From Escherichia coli (GTDB taxonomy: Bacteria > Pseudomonadota > Gammaproteobacteria > Enterobacterales > Enterobacteriaceae): 64,000 nucleotides of DNA. The stretch lies in the NCBI RefSeq assembly GCF_003334785.1, contig NZ_QOWV01000001.1; one strand, 5' to 3'. A program made the translations under genes and the position numbers. Positions 11,600-23,956 of this stretch are shown here, piece after piece (the stretch's first letter is position 1; each line of letters starts with the position of its first letter). The notes under the pieces were generated by a model. It was not told where the DNA came from, searched no databases, and saw only the letters and a program-made list of their open reading frames with translations.

Positions 11600-12385
11600 A
11601 TGCAGGATCGCAATTTTGATGATATTGCGGAAAAGTTTTCCCGTAACATTTACGGCACCACCAAAGGGCAGCTTCGACAGGCTATTCTGTGGCAGGATCT
11701 CGATCGCGTGCTGGCGGAAATGGGCCCGCAAAAACTGCGTGTGCTGGATGCTGGCGGTGGAGAAGGGCAGACCGCAATCAAAATGGCCGAGCGTGGGCAT
11801 CAGGTCATTTTATGCGATCTTTCTGCGCAGATGATCGACCGCGCAAAACAGGCGGCAGAAGCAAAAGGTGTGAGCGACAACATGCAATTTATACATTGCG
11901 CCGCTCAGGATGTTGCTTCGCATTTGGAAACGCCCGTTGATCTGATATTGTTCCATGCGGTGCTCGAGTGGGTGGCTGATCCCCGCAGCGTATTGCAGAC
12001 CCTGTGGTCAGTGTTGCGTCCAGGCGGCGTGTTGTCGTTAATGTTCTACAATGCGCATGGTTTGTTGATGCATAACATGGTCGCCGGGAATTTTGATTAC
12101 GTGCAGGCGGGAATGCCGAAAAAGAAAAAACGGACGCTTTCGCCAGATTATCCACGCGACCCGGCGCAGGTTTATCTGTGGCTGGAAGAAGCTGGTTGGC
12201 AAATTATGGGTAAGACAGGCGTTCGCGTGTTTCATGATTATCTGCGCGAGAAACACCAGCAGCGCGACTGCTATGAAGCATTACTTGAATTAGAAACGCG
12301 TTATTGCCGTCAGGAACCGTATATTACCCTGGGGCGTTATATTCATGTCACCGCGCGCAAACCGCAGAGCAAGGATAAAGTATGA
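11600..12385 (+). CDS. cmoM: SAM-dependent methyltransferase (tRNA cmo5U methyltransferase, formerly SmtA)
   Basis: SAM-binding motif VLDAGGGEG; start placed at ATG 11600 after SD ggtggag; first gene of the muk operon. Confidence 0.85.
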
Positions 12386-13704
12386 GTGAATTTTCCCAGA
12401 CAGTCCCCGAACTGGTTGCCTGGGCCAGAAAAAATGACTTCTCCATCTCGCTGCCGGTAGACCGACTCTCTTTTCTGCTGGCGGTTGCCACGCTGAACGG
12501 CGAGCGTCTGGATGGTGAGATGAGTGAAGGCGAGCTGGTGGATGCATTCCGCCATGTGAGTGATGCGTTTGAGCAAACCAGCGAAACCATCGGCGTGCGC
12601 GCCAATAACGCGATCAACGACATGGTGCGTCAACGTCTGCTGAACCGCTTTACCAGCGAGCAGGCGGAAGGGAACGCAATTTACCGTCTGACGCCGCTCG
12701 GCATCGGCATTACTGACTACTACATCCGTCAGCGCGAGTTTTCTACGCTGCGTCTTTCTATGCAGTTGTCGATTGTGGCGGGTGAGCTCAAACGCGCAGC
12801 AGATGCCGCCGAAGAGGGCGGTGATGAATTTCACTGGCACCGTAATGTCTATGCGCCACTGAAATATTCGGTAGCAGAAATTTTCGACAGTATCGACCTG
12901 ACGCAACGTCTGATGGACGAACAGCAGCAGCAGGTGAAGGACGATATCGCCCAGTTGCTGAACAAAGACTGGCGGGCGGCGATTTCCAGCTGTGAATTGT
13001 TGCTTTCGGAAACTTCCGGAACGCTGCGTGAATTGCAGGATACGCTGGAAGCGGCAGGCGACAAATTGCAGGCTAATCTGTTGCGCATTCAGGATGCGAC
13101 GATGACCCATGACGATCTGCATTTCGTCGATCGTCTGGTGTTCGATCTGCAGAGCAAACTCGATCGTATTATCAGTTGGGGCCAGCAATCCATCGACTTG
13201 TGGATTGGCTACGACCGCCACGTACACAAATTTATTCGTACCGCGATCGATATGGATAAAAACCGCGTCTTTGCTCAGCGGTTACGTCAGTCGGTACAAA
13301 CCTATTTTGATGAGCCGTGGGCGCTAACTTATGCCAATGCCGATCGTCTGCTGGATATGCGTGACGAAGAGATGGCACTGCGCGATGAAGAAGTGACTGG
13401 GGAACTTCCTGAGGATCTGGAATACGAAGAGTTTAACGAGATCCGCGAACAGCTGGCGGCGATCATCGAAGAACAACTTGCCGTGTACAAAACCAGACAA
13501 GTGCCGCTGGATCTTGGTCTGGTGGTACGCGAATATCTGTCACAGTATCCGCGTGCACGTCACTTTGACGTTGCGCGTATTGTTATTGATCAGGCGGTAC
13601 GTCTTGGCGTAGCGCAAGCAGATTTCACCGGACTGCCAGCGAAATGGCAGCCGATTAATGATTACGGAGCCAAGGTACAGGCGCATGTCATCGACAAATA
13701 TTGA
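12382..13704 (+). CDS. mukF: condensin kleisin subunit MukF
   Basis: 440-aa ORF matching MukF; ATGA overlap with cmoM. Confidence 0.95.
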
Positions 13705-14389
13705 ACAAGTGATGCCGGTTAAGCTGGCGCAGGCGCTGGCGAATCCGTTATTTCCGGCGCTGGACAGCGCCTTACGTTCAGGACGCCATATTGGCCTCGA
13801 CGAACTGGATAATCATGCATTCCTGATGGATTTTCAGGAATATCTGGAAGAGTTTTACGCGCGTTATAACGTTGAGCTTATTCGCGCACCAGAAGGGTTC
13901 TTCTATTTACGCCCACGTTCCACCACGCTGATCCCTCGTTCCGTCTTGTCGGAACTGGATATGATGGTCGGGAAAATCCTCTGTTATCTCTATCTCAGCC
14001 CGGAACGGCTGGCGAATGAGGGGATTTTCACCCAGCAGGAACTGTACGACGAACTGCTCACCCTGGCCGATGAAGCAAAACTGCTGAAACTGGTGAACAA
14101 CCGTTCAACCGGTTCAGACGTTGACCGTCAGAAGTTGCAGGAGAAAGTACGTTCTTCGCTCAACCGTCTGCGTCGTTTAGGCATGGTGTGGTTTATGGGC
14201 CACGACAGCAGCAAGTTTCGCATTACCGAATCGGTGTTCCGCTTCGGAGCCGATGTGCGTGCTGGCGACGATCCCCGTGAAGCACAGCGTCGCCTGATTC
14301 GTGATGGCGAAGCAATGCCGATTGAAAATCATCTGCAACTCAACGATGAAACCGAAGAGAATCAGCCAGATAGCGGAGAGGAAGAATAA
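13685..14389 (+). CDS. mukE: condensin subunit MukE
   Basis: 234-aa product from ATG 13685; overlaps mukF 3' end by 20 nt; acidic C-terminus. Confidence 0.9.
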
Positions 14390-17300
14390 TGATTGAACGC
14401 GGTAAATTTCGCTCACTGACGCTGATTAACTGGAACGGCTTTTTTGCCCGAACTTTTGACCTTGACGAGCTGGTCACGACGCTTTCTGGCGGTAACGGGG
14501 CGGGTAAATCCACCACCATGGCGGCGTTCGTTACGGCGCTGATCCCCGACCTGACCCTGCTGCATTTCCGTAACACTACGGAAGCCGGGGCCACCAGCGG
14601 TTCGCGCGATAAAGGTCTGCACGGTAAGCTGAAAGCGGGTGTCTGTTATTCGATGCTCGACACCATTAACTCGCGCCACCAGCGCGTGGTGGTCGGTGTG
14701 CGTCTGCAACAGGTTGCCGGACGCGATCGTAAAGTGGATATCAAGCCGTTTGCCATTCAGGGACTGCCGATGTCGGTGCAGCCGACACAGCTGGTGACCG
14801 AAACCCTGAACGAACGCCAGGCGCGCGTGCTGCCGCTTAACGAGCTGAAAGACAAGCTCGAGGCGATGGAAGGCGTGCAGTTTAAACAGTTCAACTCCAT
14901 TACTGATTACCACTCGCTGATGTTCGATCTGGGCATCATCGCGCGTCGTCTGCGCTCCGCATCTGACCGTAGCAAATTCTATCGTCTGATCGAAGCTTCG
15001 CTGTATGGCGGGATCTCCAGTGCCATTACCCGTTCTCTGCGCGACTACCTGTTGCCAGAAAACAGCGGCGTGCGTAAAGCGTTCCAGGACATGGAAGCGG
15101 CGCTGCGTGAAAACCGTATGACGCTGGAAGCGATTCGTGTCACCCAGTCGGACCGCGACCTGTTTAAGCATCTGATCAGCGAAGCCACCAACTACGTGGC
15201 GGCGGACTACATGCGTCACGCCAACGAGCGCCGTGTCCATCTCGACAAAGCCCTGGAGTTTCGTCGCGAGCTACATACTTCGCGTCAGCAACTGGCGGCT
15301 GAGCAGTACAAACACGTCGATATGGCGCGTGAGCTGGCAGAGCACAACGGTGCCGAAGGCGATCTGGAAGCGGATTATCAGGCGGCCAGTGATCACCTGA
15401 ACCTGGTGCAAACCGCACTGCGTCAGCAGGAGAAGATCGAACGCTACGAAGCGGATCTCGATGAGCTGCAGATCCGTCTGGAAGAGCAAAATGAAGTGGT
15501 GGCAGAAGCCATCGAACGCCAGGAAGAGAATGAGGCTCGTGCGGAAGCTGCCGAACTGGAAGTGGACGAGCTGAAAAGCCAGCTTGCTGACTACCAGCAG
15601 GCGCTGGACGTCCAGCAAACGCGCGCGATCCAGTATAACCAGGCGATTGCTGCGCTTAATCGTGCCAAAGAACTGTGCCATCTGCCGGACTTAACCGCCG
15701 ACTGCGCCGCCGAATGGCTGGAAACCTTCCAGGCGAAAGAGCTGGAAGCGACTGAAAAAATGCTCTCTCTTGAGCAGAAAATGAGCATGGCGCAAACCGC
15801 GCACAGCCAGTTTGAGCAGGCTTATCAGCTGGTGGTGGCAATCAACGGCCCACTGGCGCGTAACGAGGCGTGGGATGTCGCTCGCGAACTATTGCGCGAA
15901 GGGGTCGATCAGCGTCACCTGGCAGAGCAGGTTCAGCCGCTGCGGATGCGATTAAGCGAACTGGAACAGCGTCTACGCGAGCAGCAAGAAGCTGAGCGTC
16001 TGCTGGCAGATTTCTGCAAACGTCAGGGCAAGAATTTTGATATCGACGAACTGGAAGCCCTGCATCAGGAACTGGAAGCACGCATTGCCTCTCTTTCCGA
16101 TAGCGTGTCTAACGCCCGTGAAGAGCGCATGGCACTGCGCCAGGAGCAGGAACAGCTGCAGTCTCGCATTCAGAGTTTGATGCAGCGTGCGCCGGTTTGG
16201 CTGGCAGCGCAAAACAGTCTCAACCAGTTGAGCGAACAGTGCGGCGAAGAGTTTACCTCCAGCCAGGACGTCACCGAATATCTGCAACAGTTGCTGGAGC
16301 GTGAGCGAGAGGCGATTGTTGAACGCGATGAAGTGGGCGCGCGCAAAAACGCCGTCGATGAAGAGATCGAACGTTTAAGCCAGCCTGGCGGCTCTGAAGA
16401 TCAGCGTCTGAACGCGCTGGCGGAGCGTTTTGGTGGTGTGCTGCTGTCAGAAATTTATGACGACGTTAGCCTGGAAGATGCGCCGTACTTCTCAGCGCTG
16501 TATGGCCCGTCACGCCACGCCATCGTGGTGCCAGATCTGTCACAGGTAACTGAACACCTGGAAGGCTTGACCGATTGCCCGGAAGATCTCTATCTGATCG
16601 AAGGAGATCCGCAGTCATTCGATGACAGCGTGTTCAGCGTTGATGAGCTGGAAAAAGCGGTAGTGGTGAAAATCGCCGATCGTCAGTGGCGTTATTCACG
16701 TTTCCCGGAAGTGCCGCTGTTTGGTCGTGCTGCGCGTGAAAGCCGTATTGAAAGCCTCCATGCCGAGCGTGAAGTGCTTTCCGAACGCTTCGCCACGCTC
16801 TCCTTTGATGTACAGAAAACTCAGCGTCTGCATCAGGCGTTCAGCCGCTTTATCGGCAGTCATCTGGCGGTTGCGTTTGAGTCTGACCCGGAAGCAGAAA
16901 TCCGTCAACTGAACAGCCGTCGCGTCGAACTGGAGCGGGCGTTAAGTAATCATGAAAATGATAACCAGCAGCAGCGTATTCAGTTTGAGCAGGCGAAAGA
17001 GGGCGTTACGGCGCTGAACCGCATTCTGCCGCGTCTCAACCTGTTGGCTGATGACAGCCTGGCGGATCGCGTCGATGAAATCCGCGAACGTCTGGATGAA
17101 GCCCAGGAAGCCGCGCGTTTTGTTCAGCAGTTTGGCAATCAACTGGCGAAACTGGAACCGATTGTTTCGGTATTGCAGAGCGACCCGGAACAGTTCGAAC
17201 AGTTAAAAGAAGATTACGCGTACTCTCAGCAGATGCAGCGCGATGCCCGTCAGCAGGCGTTTGCCCTGACGGAAGTGGTGCAGCGTCGTGCGCACTTTAG

Positions 17301-18849
17301 CTATTCTGACTCGGCAGAAATGCTTAGCGGTAACAGCGATCTCAACGAAAAACTGCGTGAACGTCTGGAACAGGCGGAAGCGGAGCGTACCCGCGCTCGC
17401 GAAGCGTTGCGCGGTCACGCAGCGCAGTTGAGTCAGTACAACCAGGTGCTGGCTTCGCTGAAAAGTTCTTACGACACCAAAAAAGAGCTACTCAACGATC
17501 TGCAACGTGAATTGCAGGATATCGGCGTGCGTGCTGATAGCGGGGCAGAAGAGCGGGCGCGTATTCGCCGTGACGAGCTGCATGCGCAACTGAGCAATAA
17601 CCGTTCACGCCGCAATCAACTGGAAAAAGCGCTTACCTTCTGCGAAGCGGAGATGGACAACCTGACCCGCAAACTGCGCAAGCTGGAGCGGGATTACTTT
17701 GAGATGCGCGAGCAGGTAGTGACCGCCAAAGCGGGCTGGTGTGCGGTGATGCGCATGGTGAAAGATAACGGCGTTGAGCGCCGCTTACACCGTCGTGAGC
17801 TGGCTTATCTCTCCGCTGATGATTTGCGTTCCATGTCGGATAAGGCGTTAGGTGCGCTGCGTCTGGCGGTGGCGGATAACGAACATCTGCGCGACGTGCT
17901 GCGCATGTCGGAAGATCCGAAACGTCCGGAGCGTAAAATTCAGTTCTTCGTGGCGGTTTATCAGCATCTGCGTGAACGTATTCGTCAGGATATTATTCGT
18001 ACCGATGATCCGGTGGAAGCTATCGAACAGATGGAGATTGAACTTAGCCGTCTGACCGAAGAATTAACCTCCCGTGAACAGAAACTGGCGATCAGTTCCC
18101 GCAGCGTGGCGAACATCATTCGCAAAACCATTCAGCGCGAGCAGAACCGTATCCGTATGCTCAACCAGGGGTTGCAGAACGTATCGTTTGGTCAGGTGAA
18201 CAGCGTGCGTCTCAACGTGAACGTGCGTGAAACGCACGCCATGCTACTGGATGTGCTCTCTGAACAGCACGAGCAGCATCAGGATCTGTTTAACAGCAAC
18301 CGTTTGACCTTCTCGGAAGCGCTGGCGAAACTGTATCAACGTCTTAACCCGCAGATTGATATGGGGCAGCGCACGCCGCAGACCATCGGTGAAGAACTGC
18401 TGGATTACCGCAACTATCTGGAAATGGAAGTTGAGGTTAACCGTGGTTCCGATGGCTGGCTGCGCGCAGAGTCTGGTGCATTGTCGACCGGTGAGGCGAT
18501 TGGTACCGGTATGTCGATTCTGGTGATGGTGGTACAAAGCTGGGAAGATGAATCTCGCCGCCTGCGCGGTAAAGATATCTCTCCTTGCCGCCTGCTGTTC
18601 CTCGATGAAGCAGCGCGACTGGATGCTCGTTCTATCGCCACGCTGTTTGAATTGTGTGAGCGTTTGCAAATGCAACTCATCATCGCAGCGCCGGAAAATA
18701 TCAGCCCGGAGAAAGGCACCACCTATAAACTGGTGCGTAAAGTCTTCCAGAATACCGAACACGTTCATGTCGTCGGCCTGCGAGGATTTGCGCCGCAACT
18801 CCCTGAAACGCTTCCAGGAACTGACGAAGCGCCTTCTCAGGCGAGTTAA
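14389..18849 (+). CDS. mukB: SMC-like chromosome partition protein MukB
   Basis: 1486-aa ORF, N-terminal Walker [10 protein letters not shown], long coiled-coil arms, C-terminal LLFLDEA Walker B; TAATG overlap with mukE. Confidence 0.97.
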   Translation: MIERGKFRSLTLINWNGFFARTFDLDELVTTLSGGNGAGKSTTMAAFVTALIPDLTLLHFRNTTEAGATSGSRDKGLHGKLKAGVCYSMLDTINSRHQRVVVGVRLQQVAGRDRKVDIKPFAIQGLPMSVQPTQLVTETLNERQARVLPLNELKDKLEAMEGVQFKQFNSITDYHSLMFDLGIIARRLRSASDRSKFYRLIEASLYGGISSAITRSLRDYLLPENSGVRKAFQDMEAALRENRMTLEAIRVTQSDRDLFKHLISEATNYVAADYMRHANERRVHLDKALEFRRELHTSRQQLAAEQYKHVDMARELAEHNGAEGDLEADYQAASDHLNLVQTALRQQEKIERYEADLDELQIRLEEQNEVVAEAIERQEENEARAEAAELEVDELKSQLADYQQALDVQQTRAIQYNQAIAALNRAKELCHLPDLTADCAAEWLETFQAKELEATEKMLSLEQKMSMAQTAHSQFEQAYQLVVAINGPLARNEAWDVARELLREGVDQRHLAEQVQPLRMRLSELEQRLREQQEAERLLADFCKRQGKNFDIDELEALHQELEARIASLSDSVSNAREERMALRQEQEQLQSRIQSLMQRAPVWLAAQNSLNQLSEQCGEEFTSSQDVTEYLQQLLEREREAIVERDEVGARKNAVDEEIERLSQPGGSEDQRLNALAERFGGVLLSEIYDDVSLEDAPYFSALYGPSRHAIVVPDLSQVTEHLEGLTDCPEDLYLIEGDPQSFDDSVFSVDELEKAVVVKIADRQWRYSRFPEVPLFGRAARESRIESLHAEREVLSERFATLSFDVQKTQRLHQAFSRFIGSHLAVAFESDPEAEIRQLNSRRVELERALSNHENDNQQQRIQFEQAKEGVTALNRILPRLNLLADDSLADRVDEIRERLDEAQEAARFVQQFGNQLAKLEPIVSVLQSDPEQFEQLKEDYAYSQQMQRDARQQAFALTEVVQRRAHFSYSDSAEMLSGNSDLNEKLRERLEQAEAERTRAREALRGHAAQLSQYNQVLASLKSSYDTKKELLNDLQRELQDIGVRADSGAEERARIRRDELHAQLSNNRSRRNQLEKALTFCEAEMDNLTRKLRKLERDYFEMREQVVTAKAGWCAVMRMVKDNGVERRLHRRELAYLSADDLRSMSDKALGALRLAVADNEHLRDVLRMSEDPKRPERKIQFFVAVYQHLRERIRQDIIRTDDPVEAIEQMEIELSRLTEELTSREQKLAISSRSVANIIRKTIQREQNRIRMLNQGLQNVSFGQVNSVRLNVNVRETHAMLLDVLSEQHEQHQDLFNSNRLTFSEALAKLYQRLNPQIDMGQRTPQTIGEELLDYRNYLEMEVEVNRGSDGWLRAESGALSTGEAIGTGMSILVMVVQSWEDESRRLRGKDISPCRLLFLDEAARLDARSIATLFELCERLQMQLIIAAPENISPEKGTTYKLVRKVFQNTEHVHVVGLRGFAPQLPETLPGTDEAPSQAS

Positions 18850-18854
18850 AATTA

Positions 18855-18885
18855 AGGCGGCAGCAATGCCGCCTTTTCTTTTTCC
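18855..18885 (+). terminator. rho-independent terminator of the muk operon
   Basis: Hairpin aaggcggc-agcaat-gccgcctt followed by ttctttttcc. Confidence 0.75.
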
Positions 18886-19109
18886 GAAAACTCCGTTTCT
18901 GCACTAAAAAAGTGGCACATTACGGCGCGCTTTTCTTTAAACTTCTTTACATTAGGTTATGTAAAAACGTATCGGCGTTTATATACTGAAGATAAGCCTG
19001 ATGAGTAACAGGCTTGCTCGTCATACTTTCGTGAGTATTGGCGTTGTACAGGCAAGTCGTAAAATAACAGCCTGGCTATTCAGAGTATGATAAAAACAGG
19101 GGGCAAGGG

Positions 19110-20957
19110 ATGTTGCTTAATATGATGTGTGGTCGTCGGCTGTCGGCAATCAGTTTGTGCCTGGCCGTAACATTCGCTCCACTGTTCAATGCGCAGGCCG
19201 ATGAGCCTGAAGTAATCCCTGGCGACAGCCCGGTGGCTGTCAGTGAACAGGGCGAGGCACTGCCGCAGGCGCAAGCCACGGCAATAATGGCGGGGATCCA
19301 GCCATTGCCTGAAGGTGCGGCAGAAAAAGCCCGCACGCAAATCGAATCTCAATTACCCGCAGGTTACAAGCCGGTTTATCTTAACCAGCTTCAACTGTTG
19401 TATGCCGCACGCGATATGCAACCCATGTGGGAAAACCGTGATGCTGTTAAAGCCTTCCAGCAACAGCTGGCAGAGGTGGCGATTGCCGGTTTCCAGCCGC
19501 AGTTTAATAAATGGGTAGAGTTACTGACCGATCCTGGTGTTAACGGGATGGCACGCGACGTGGTGCTCTCTGATGCGATGATGGGCTATCTCCATTTCAT
19601 TGCAAATATTCCGGTCAAAGGCACTCGCTGGCTATATAGCAGTAAACCTTATGCACTTGCAACGCCGCCGCTCTCGGTGATTAACCAATGGCAGCTGGCG
19701 CTGGATAAAGGTCAATTGCCTACGTTTGTTGCAGGACTGGCACCGCAGCATCCGCAATATGCGGCGATGCATGAATCGTTACTGGCCTTACTCTGTGACA
19801 CCAAACCGTGGCCCCAACTGACCGGCAAAGCAACGTTGCGCCCAGGGCAGTGGAGTAACGACGTACCGGCGTTGCGCGAAATATTGCAACGCACAGGCAT
19901 GTTGGACGGGGGGCCGAAAATTACTCTACCTGGCGATGACACGCCAACTGACGCGGTAGTCAGCCCATCCGCTGTTACTGTTGAAACAGCAGAAACTAAG
20001 CCGATGGATAAGCAAACGACGTCTCGTAGTAAACCTGCGCCTGCCGTTCGCGCCGCCTACGATAATGAACTGGTGGAAGCCGTTAAACGTTTTCAGGCAT
20101 GGCAAGGATTGGGGGCAGATGGTGCTATTGGCCCGGCAACACGTGACTGGTTAAACGTAACGCCCGCCCAGCGTGCTGGCGTGTTGGCTCTCAACATCCA
20201 GCGATTGCGCTTGCTGCCAACAGAGCTTTCTACCGGGATCATGGTTAACATTCCGGCCTATTCGCTGGTCTACTATCAGAACGGCAATCAGGTGCTGGAT
20301 TCGCGAGTCATTGTCGGTCGCCCCGATCGCAAAACGCCGATGATGAGCAGTGCCCTTAACAACGTAGTGGTAAACCCGCCGTGGAACGTACCTCCAACTC
20401 TGGCACGCAAAGATATTCTGCCAAAAGTGCGCAACGATCCGGGATATCTCGAAAGCCATGGCTATACGGTGATGCGCGGCTGGAACAGCAGAGAAGCGAT
20501 TGACCCATGGCAGGTTGACTGGTCTACAATCACGGCCTCGAATTTACCGTTCCGCTTCCAGCAGGCTCCAGGCCCACGGAACTCGCTGGGGCGCTATAAA
20601 TTCAATATGCCGAGTTCAGAGGCCATTTATTTGCATGACACGCCGAACCACAATCTGTTCAAGCGTGATACACGCGCATTGAGCTCAGGCTGTGTACGAG
20701 TGAATAAAGCTTCCGATCTGGCGAATATGCTGTTGCAGGATGCAGGCTGGAATGACAAACGTATTTCTGATGCGCTGAAGCAGGGTGATACACGTTACGT
20801 CAATATTCGGCAGTCGATTCCGGTGAATCTCTACTACCTGACGGCCTTTGTTGGTGCAGATGGTCGTACCCAGTATCGTACAGATATTTACAATTATGAT
20901 CTGCCTGCGCGATCCAGCTCGCAAATCGTATCGAAAGCGGAACAATTAATCAGGTAA
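19110..20957 (+). CDS. ldtD: L,D-transpeptidase (forms 3-3 peptidoglycan cross-links)
   Basis: 615-aa ORF with signal peptide and YkuD catalytic motif HDTPNHNLF...SSGCVRV. Confidence 0.9.
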   Translation: MLLNMMCGRRLSAISLCLAVTFAPLFNAQADEPEVIPGDSPVAVSEQGEALPQAQATAIMAGIQPLPEGAAEKARTQIESQLPAGYKPVYLNQLQLLYAARDMQPMWENRDAVKAFQQQLAEVAIAGFQPQFNKWVELLTDPGVNGMARDVVLSDAMMGYLHFIANIPVKGTRWLYSSKPYALATPPLSVINQWQLALDKGQLPTFVAGLAPQHPQYAAMHESLLALLCDTKPWPQLTGKATLRPGQWSNDVPALREILQRTGMLDGGPKITLPGDDTPTDAVVSPSAVTVETAETKPMDKQTTSRSKPAPAVRAAYDNELVEAVKRFQAWQGLGADGAIGPATRDWLNVTPAQRAGVLALNIQRLRLLPTELSTGIMVNIPAYSLVYYQNGNQVLDSRVIVGRPDRKTPMMSSALNNVVVNPPWNVPPTLARKDILPKVRNDPGYLESHGYTVMRGWNSREAIDPWQVDWSTITASNLPFRFQQAPGPRNSLGRYKFNMPSSEAIYLHDTPNHNLFKRDTRALSSGCVRVNKASDLANMLLQDAGWNDKRISDALKQGDTRYVNIRQSIPVNLYYLTAFVGADGRTQYRTDIYNYDLPARSSSQIVSKAEQLIR

Positions 20958-21137
20958 ATGAAGTAGTTCGGGGAAATCAGTTGTCGTAATAATTAGCATG
21001 ATTGGGGGCGATTCTCTGCAGCCCCCGTCACTGCTGGGGTTGAGTCATCTTGACGTCTGCTTTACGGGCGGTTAAGGTGCCTCTTGTGCGCCAGAAGTGC
21101 ATATAAACGATAACATTGACCTGTAGACTTGATTATC

Positions 21138-21686
21138 ATGGACAAATTCGACGCTAATCGCCGCAAATTGCTGGCGCTTGGTGGCGTTGCACTCGGTGCC
21201 GCCATCCTGCCGACCCCTGCGTTTGCAACACTCTCTACCCCACGCCCGCGCATTTTGACACTCAATAATCTTCATACCGGAGAGTCAATCAAAGCGGAGT
21301 TTTTCGATGGCAGAGGCTATATTCAGGAAGAATTGGCAAAACTTAACCATTTTTTCCGCGATTACCGCGCGAACAAAATAAAGTCCATCGACCCAGGATT
21401 ATTCGACCAGTTGTATCGCCTGCAAGGGTTGTTAGGCACGCGCAAACCGGTGCAACTCATTTCCGGTTATCGTTCTATTGATACCAACAATGAACTACGC
21501 GCCCGCAGCCGTGGAGTAGCGAAGAAAAGCTATCACACTAAAGGCCAGGCGATGGATTTCCATATTGAAGGTATCGCGTTAAGCAATATTCGCAAAGCCG
21601 CGTTATCTATGCGCGCAGGTGGTGTAGGATATTATCCACGTAGTAACTTTGTGCATATTGATACCGGGCCAGCACGGCACTGGTAG
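21138..21686 (+). CDS. mepK: Tat-exported peptidoglycan L,D-endopeptidase (peptidase M15-like, DUF882)
   Basis: Twin-arginine signal NRRKLLALGGVALGAAILPTPAFA; 182-aa product from ATG 21138; formerly ycbK. Confidence 0.85.
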   Translation: MDKFDANRRKLLALGGVALGAAILPTPAFATLSTPRPRILTLNNLHTGESIKAEFFDGRGYIQEELAKLNHFFRDYRANKIKSIDPGLFDQLYRLQGLLGTRKPVQLISGYRSIDTNNELRARSRGVAKKSYHTKGQAMDFHIEGIALSNIRKAALSMRAGGVGYYPRSNFVHIDTGPARHW

Positions 21687-21712
21687 TAATTGCTTAACGA
21701 AACAGGGGCAGT

Positions 21713-22360
21713 ATGAACTATCGTATTATTCCGGTCACCGCATTCTCCCAGAACTGTTCATTAATCTGGTGTGAACAAACCCGTCTGGCCGCACTGGTCG
21801 ATCCTGGCGGCGATGCGGAAAAAATCAAACAGGAAGTTGATGACAGCGGCCTGACACTGATGCAGATCCTGCTGACGCATGGTCATCTGGACCACGTTGG
21901 CGCAGCGGCGGAACTGGCGCAACATTACGGCGTGCCGGTTTTCGGCCCGGAAAAAGAAGATGAGTTCTGGCTGCAAGGCTTGCCTGCGCAAAGTCGTATG
22001 TTTGGTCTGGAAGAGTGCCAGCCGCTGACGCCAGATCGTTGGCTGAACGAAGGCGATACCATCAGCATAGGGAATGTGACTTTACAGGTGTTACATTGCC
22101 CTGGGCATACGCCGGGTCATGTCGTGTTTTTTGATGATCGGGCAAAGCTGCTGATTTCTGGCGATGTTATTTTCAAAGGCGGAGTAGGGCGCAGTGACTT
22201 CCCGCGTGGCGATCATAATCAACTGATTTCTTCAATCAAAGATAAATTGCTGCCACTGGGGGATGACGTGATATTTATTCCGGGTCACGGACCATTATCC
22301 ACACTTGGTTATGAACGCCTGCATAATCCCTTCCTGCAAGACGAAATGCCCGTCTGGTAA
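21713..22360 (+). CDS. gloC: metallo-beta-lactamase-fold hydrolase (hydroxyacylglutathione hydrolase GloC / YcbL)
   Basis: 215-aa ORF with THGHLDHVG zinc-binding motif. Confidence 0.85.
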
Positions 22361-22372
22361 GGCACATAAAAA

Positions 22373-22393
22373 AGCCCGCTTTTAATGCGGGCC
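22373..22393. terminator. hairpin agcccgc-ttttaat-gcgggcc flanked by A-run (candidate bidirectional terminator after gloC)
   Basis: Inverted repeat with aaaaaa on the 5' side (T-run on minus strand). Confidence 0.5.
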
Positions 22394-22423
22394 TGGATTT
22401 CTGGCAAAGTGCGCTTTGTTTAT

Positions 22424-22457
22424 GCCGGATGCGGCACGAGCGCCTTATCCGGCCTAC
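22424..22457. repeat. REP (repetitive extragenic palindromic) element
   Basis: gccggatgcggc...gccttatccggcctac, canonical REP consensus. Confidence 0.8.
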
Positions 22458-22492
22458 AAAATCGTGCAAATTCAAAATATTGCAGGGGACGC

Positions 22493-22521
22493 GTAGGCCT
22501 GATAAGCGTAGCGCATCAGGC
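22493..22521. repeat. REP element in inverted orientation (with the previous one forms a BIME-like unit)
   Basis: gtaggcctgataagcgtagcgcatcaggc, reverse-complement-like to the first REP. Confidence 0.75.
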
Positions 22522-22581
22522 AATGTTGCGTTTGTCATCAGTCTCAGCCCGCTTTTCAGCGGGCTTCATTGTTTTTAATGC

Positions 22582-23772
22582 TTACAGCACTGCCACAATC
22601 GCTTCGCACAGCGGAGCCATGTTATCTGGTGTCATCCCGGCCACATTTACGCGACCAGAAGCAACCGCATATACGCCAAACTCTTCGCGCAGACGCAGCA
22701 CTTGTTCTTTTGTCAGGCCACTGAAGGAGAACATGCCGTTCTGTTTGATGATAAAGCTGAAGTCGCGGTTTGCGCCTTTTTCCTGCAGCGTATTGACGAA
22801 CAACTGACGCATACGCTGAATACGCTGGCGCATATCAGTCAGCTCTTGTTCCCAAATCGCACGTAACGCATCGTTGCTCAGGATGGTGGCAACAACAGAA
22901 GCGCCGTGTGCTGGTGGGTTAGAGTAGTTAGCGCGAATCGCCGCTTTCATTTGGCTGAATGCGCGATCAACGGTTTCACTGTCGGCAGCAACCAGAGTAC
23001 AAGCGCCAACACGCTCGTTGTACAGGCCAAAGTTTTTAGAGTAGGAACTGGCAACAATCAGCTCTTTATGCATAGCCGCGAAAGCGCGCAGTCCTTCAGC
23101 ATCTTCTTCCAGACCACGGGCAAAACCCTGGTAAGCGAAGTCAAACAGCGGTAACCAGCCTTTCTCAACGGAGAGTTGTGCCAGTGTTTGCCATTGTTCC
23201 AGCGTAGGGTCGATACCGGTTGGGTTATGGCAGCAGCCATGGAACAGCACTACGTCGCCAGCCTGAGCTTCATTCAGGCTGTTAATCAGTGCATCGAAGT
23301 CAAGAGTGTGATTTTCCGCATCATAATAAGCGTATTCACGAACTTCCAGACCTGCAGAGTTAAAGACGCTCTTATGGTTCGGCCAGCTTGGGTTGCTCAC
23401 CCACACACGCTTAACGCTGGTATTTTTTGCCAGGAAATCGGCAGCCACGCGTAGTGCGCCAGTGCCCCCCGGAGTCTGTGCCGTGCGAGCACGTTTGTCA
23501 TTGATCAGGGCGCTACCTTTACCAAACAGCAGTTCCTGAGTGCAGCGACCAAATTCAGGGATGCCGTCAATGCCGAGGTAATTTTTGGTGGTTTCATTTT
23601 CGAGCAGATACTGTTCAGCCTTTTTCACGCTGGTCAGTACCGGGGTTTTGCCCGTCTCATCTTTATAGACACCAATCCCGAGGTTAATTTTGCCGGGACG
23701 TTCATCGGCACGAAACAGATCGGCCAGGCCCAGAATCGGGTCGGCAGGAGCGGCGGTAATGTTCTCAAACAT
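22582..23772 (-). CDS. aspC: aspartate aminotransferase
   Basis: 396-aa ORF; PLP-lysine motif [14 protein letters not shown]. Confidence 0.97.
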   Translation of the reverse strand: MFENITAAPADPILGLADLFRADERPGKINLGIGVYKDETGKTPVLTSVKKAEQYLLENETTKNYLGIDGIPEFGRCTQELLFGKGSALINDKRARTAQTPGGTGALRVAADFLAKNTSVKRVWVSNPSWPNHKSVFNSAGLEVREYAYYDAENHTLDFDALINSLNEAQAGDVVLFHGCCHNPTGIDPTLEQWQTLAQLSVEKGWLPLFDFAYQGFARGLEEDAEGLRAFAAMHKELIVASSYSKNFGLYNERVGACTLVAADSETVDRAFSQMKAAIRANYSNPPAHGASVVATILSNDALRAIWEQELTDMRQRIQRMRQLFVNTLQEKGANRDFSFIIKQNGMFSFSGLTKEQVLRLREEFGVYAVASGRVNVAGMTPDNMAPLCEAIVAVL

Positions 23773-23899
23773 GACGAGGTTCCATTATGGTTACAGAAGG
23801 GAAGTCCGCTATCAGGGTAACGGGAGATTTACAAAATTCCAACTATTACTGATGAAAACGCAGGCTGTTTTTGCAAGACGTGAGATTGCTCTGGAAGGT

Positions 23900-23932
23900 A
23901 TAAAAAAAACAGGACCAAAGTCCTGTTTTTTC
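23900..23932. terminator. bidirectional-type terminator downstream of ompF (hairpin flanked by A8 and T6)
   Basis: aaaaaaaacaggaccaaagtcctgttttttc, read directly. Confidence 0.75.
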
Positions 23933-23956
23933 GGCATTTAACAAAGAGGTGTGCTA

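Noticed and set aside
12343-13227. 294-aa minus-strand ORF antisense to mukF (and the similar 275-aa ORF at 14413..15240 and 184-aa ORF at 18244..18798 antisense to mukB)
   Set aside because: Shadow ORFs within confidently identified genes; low-complexity, arginine-rich translations typical of antisense frames of GC-rich coding DNA.
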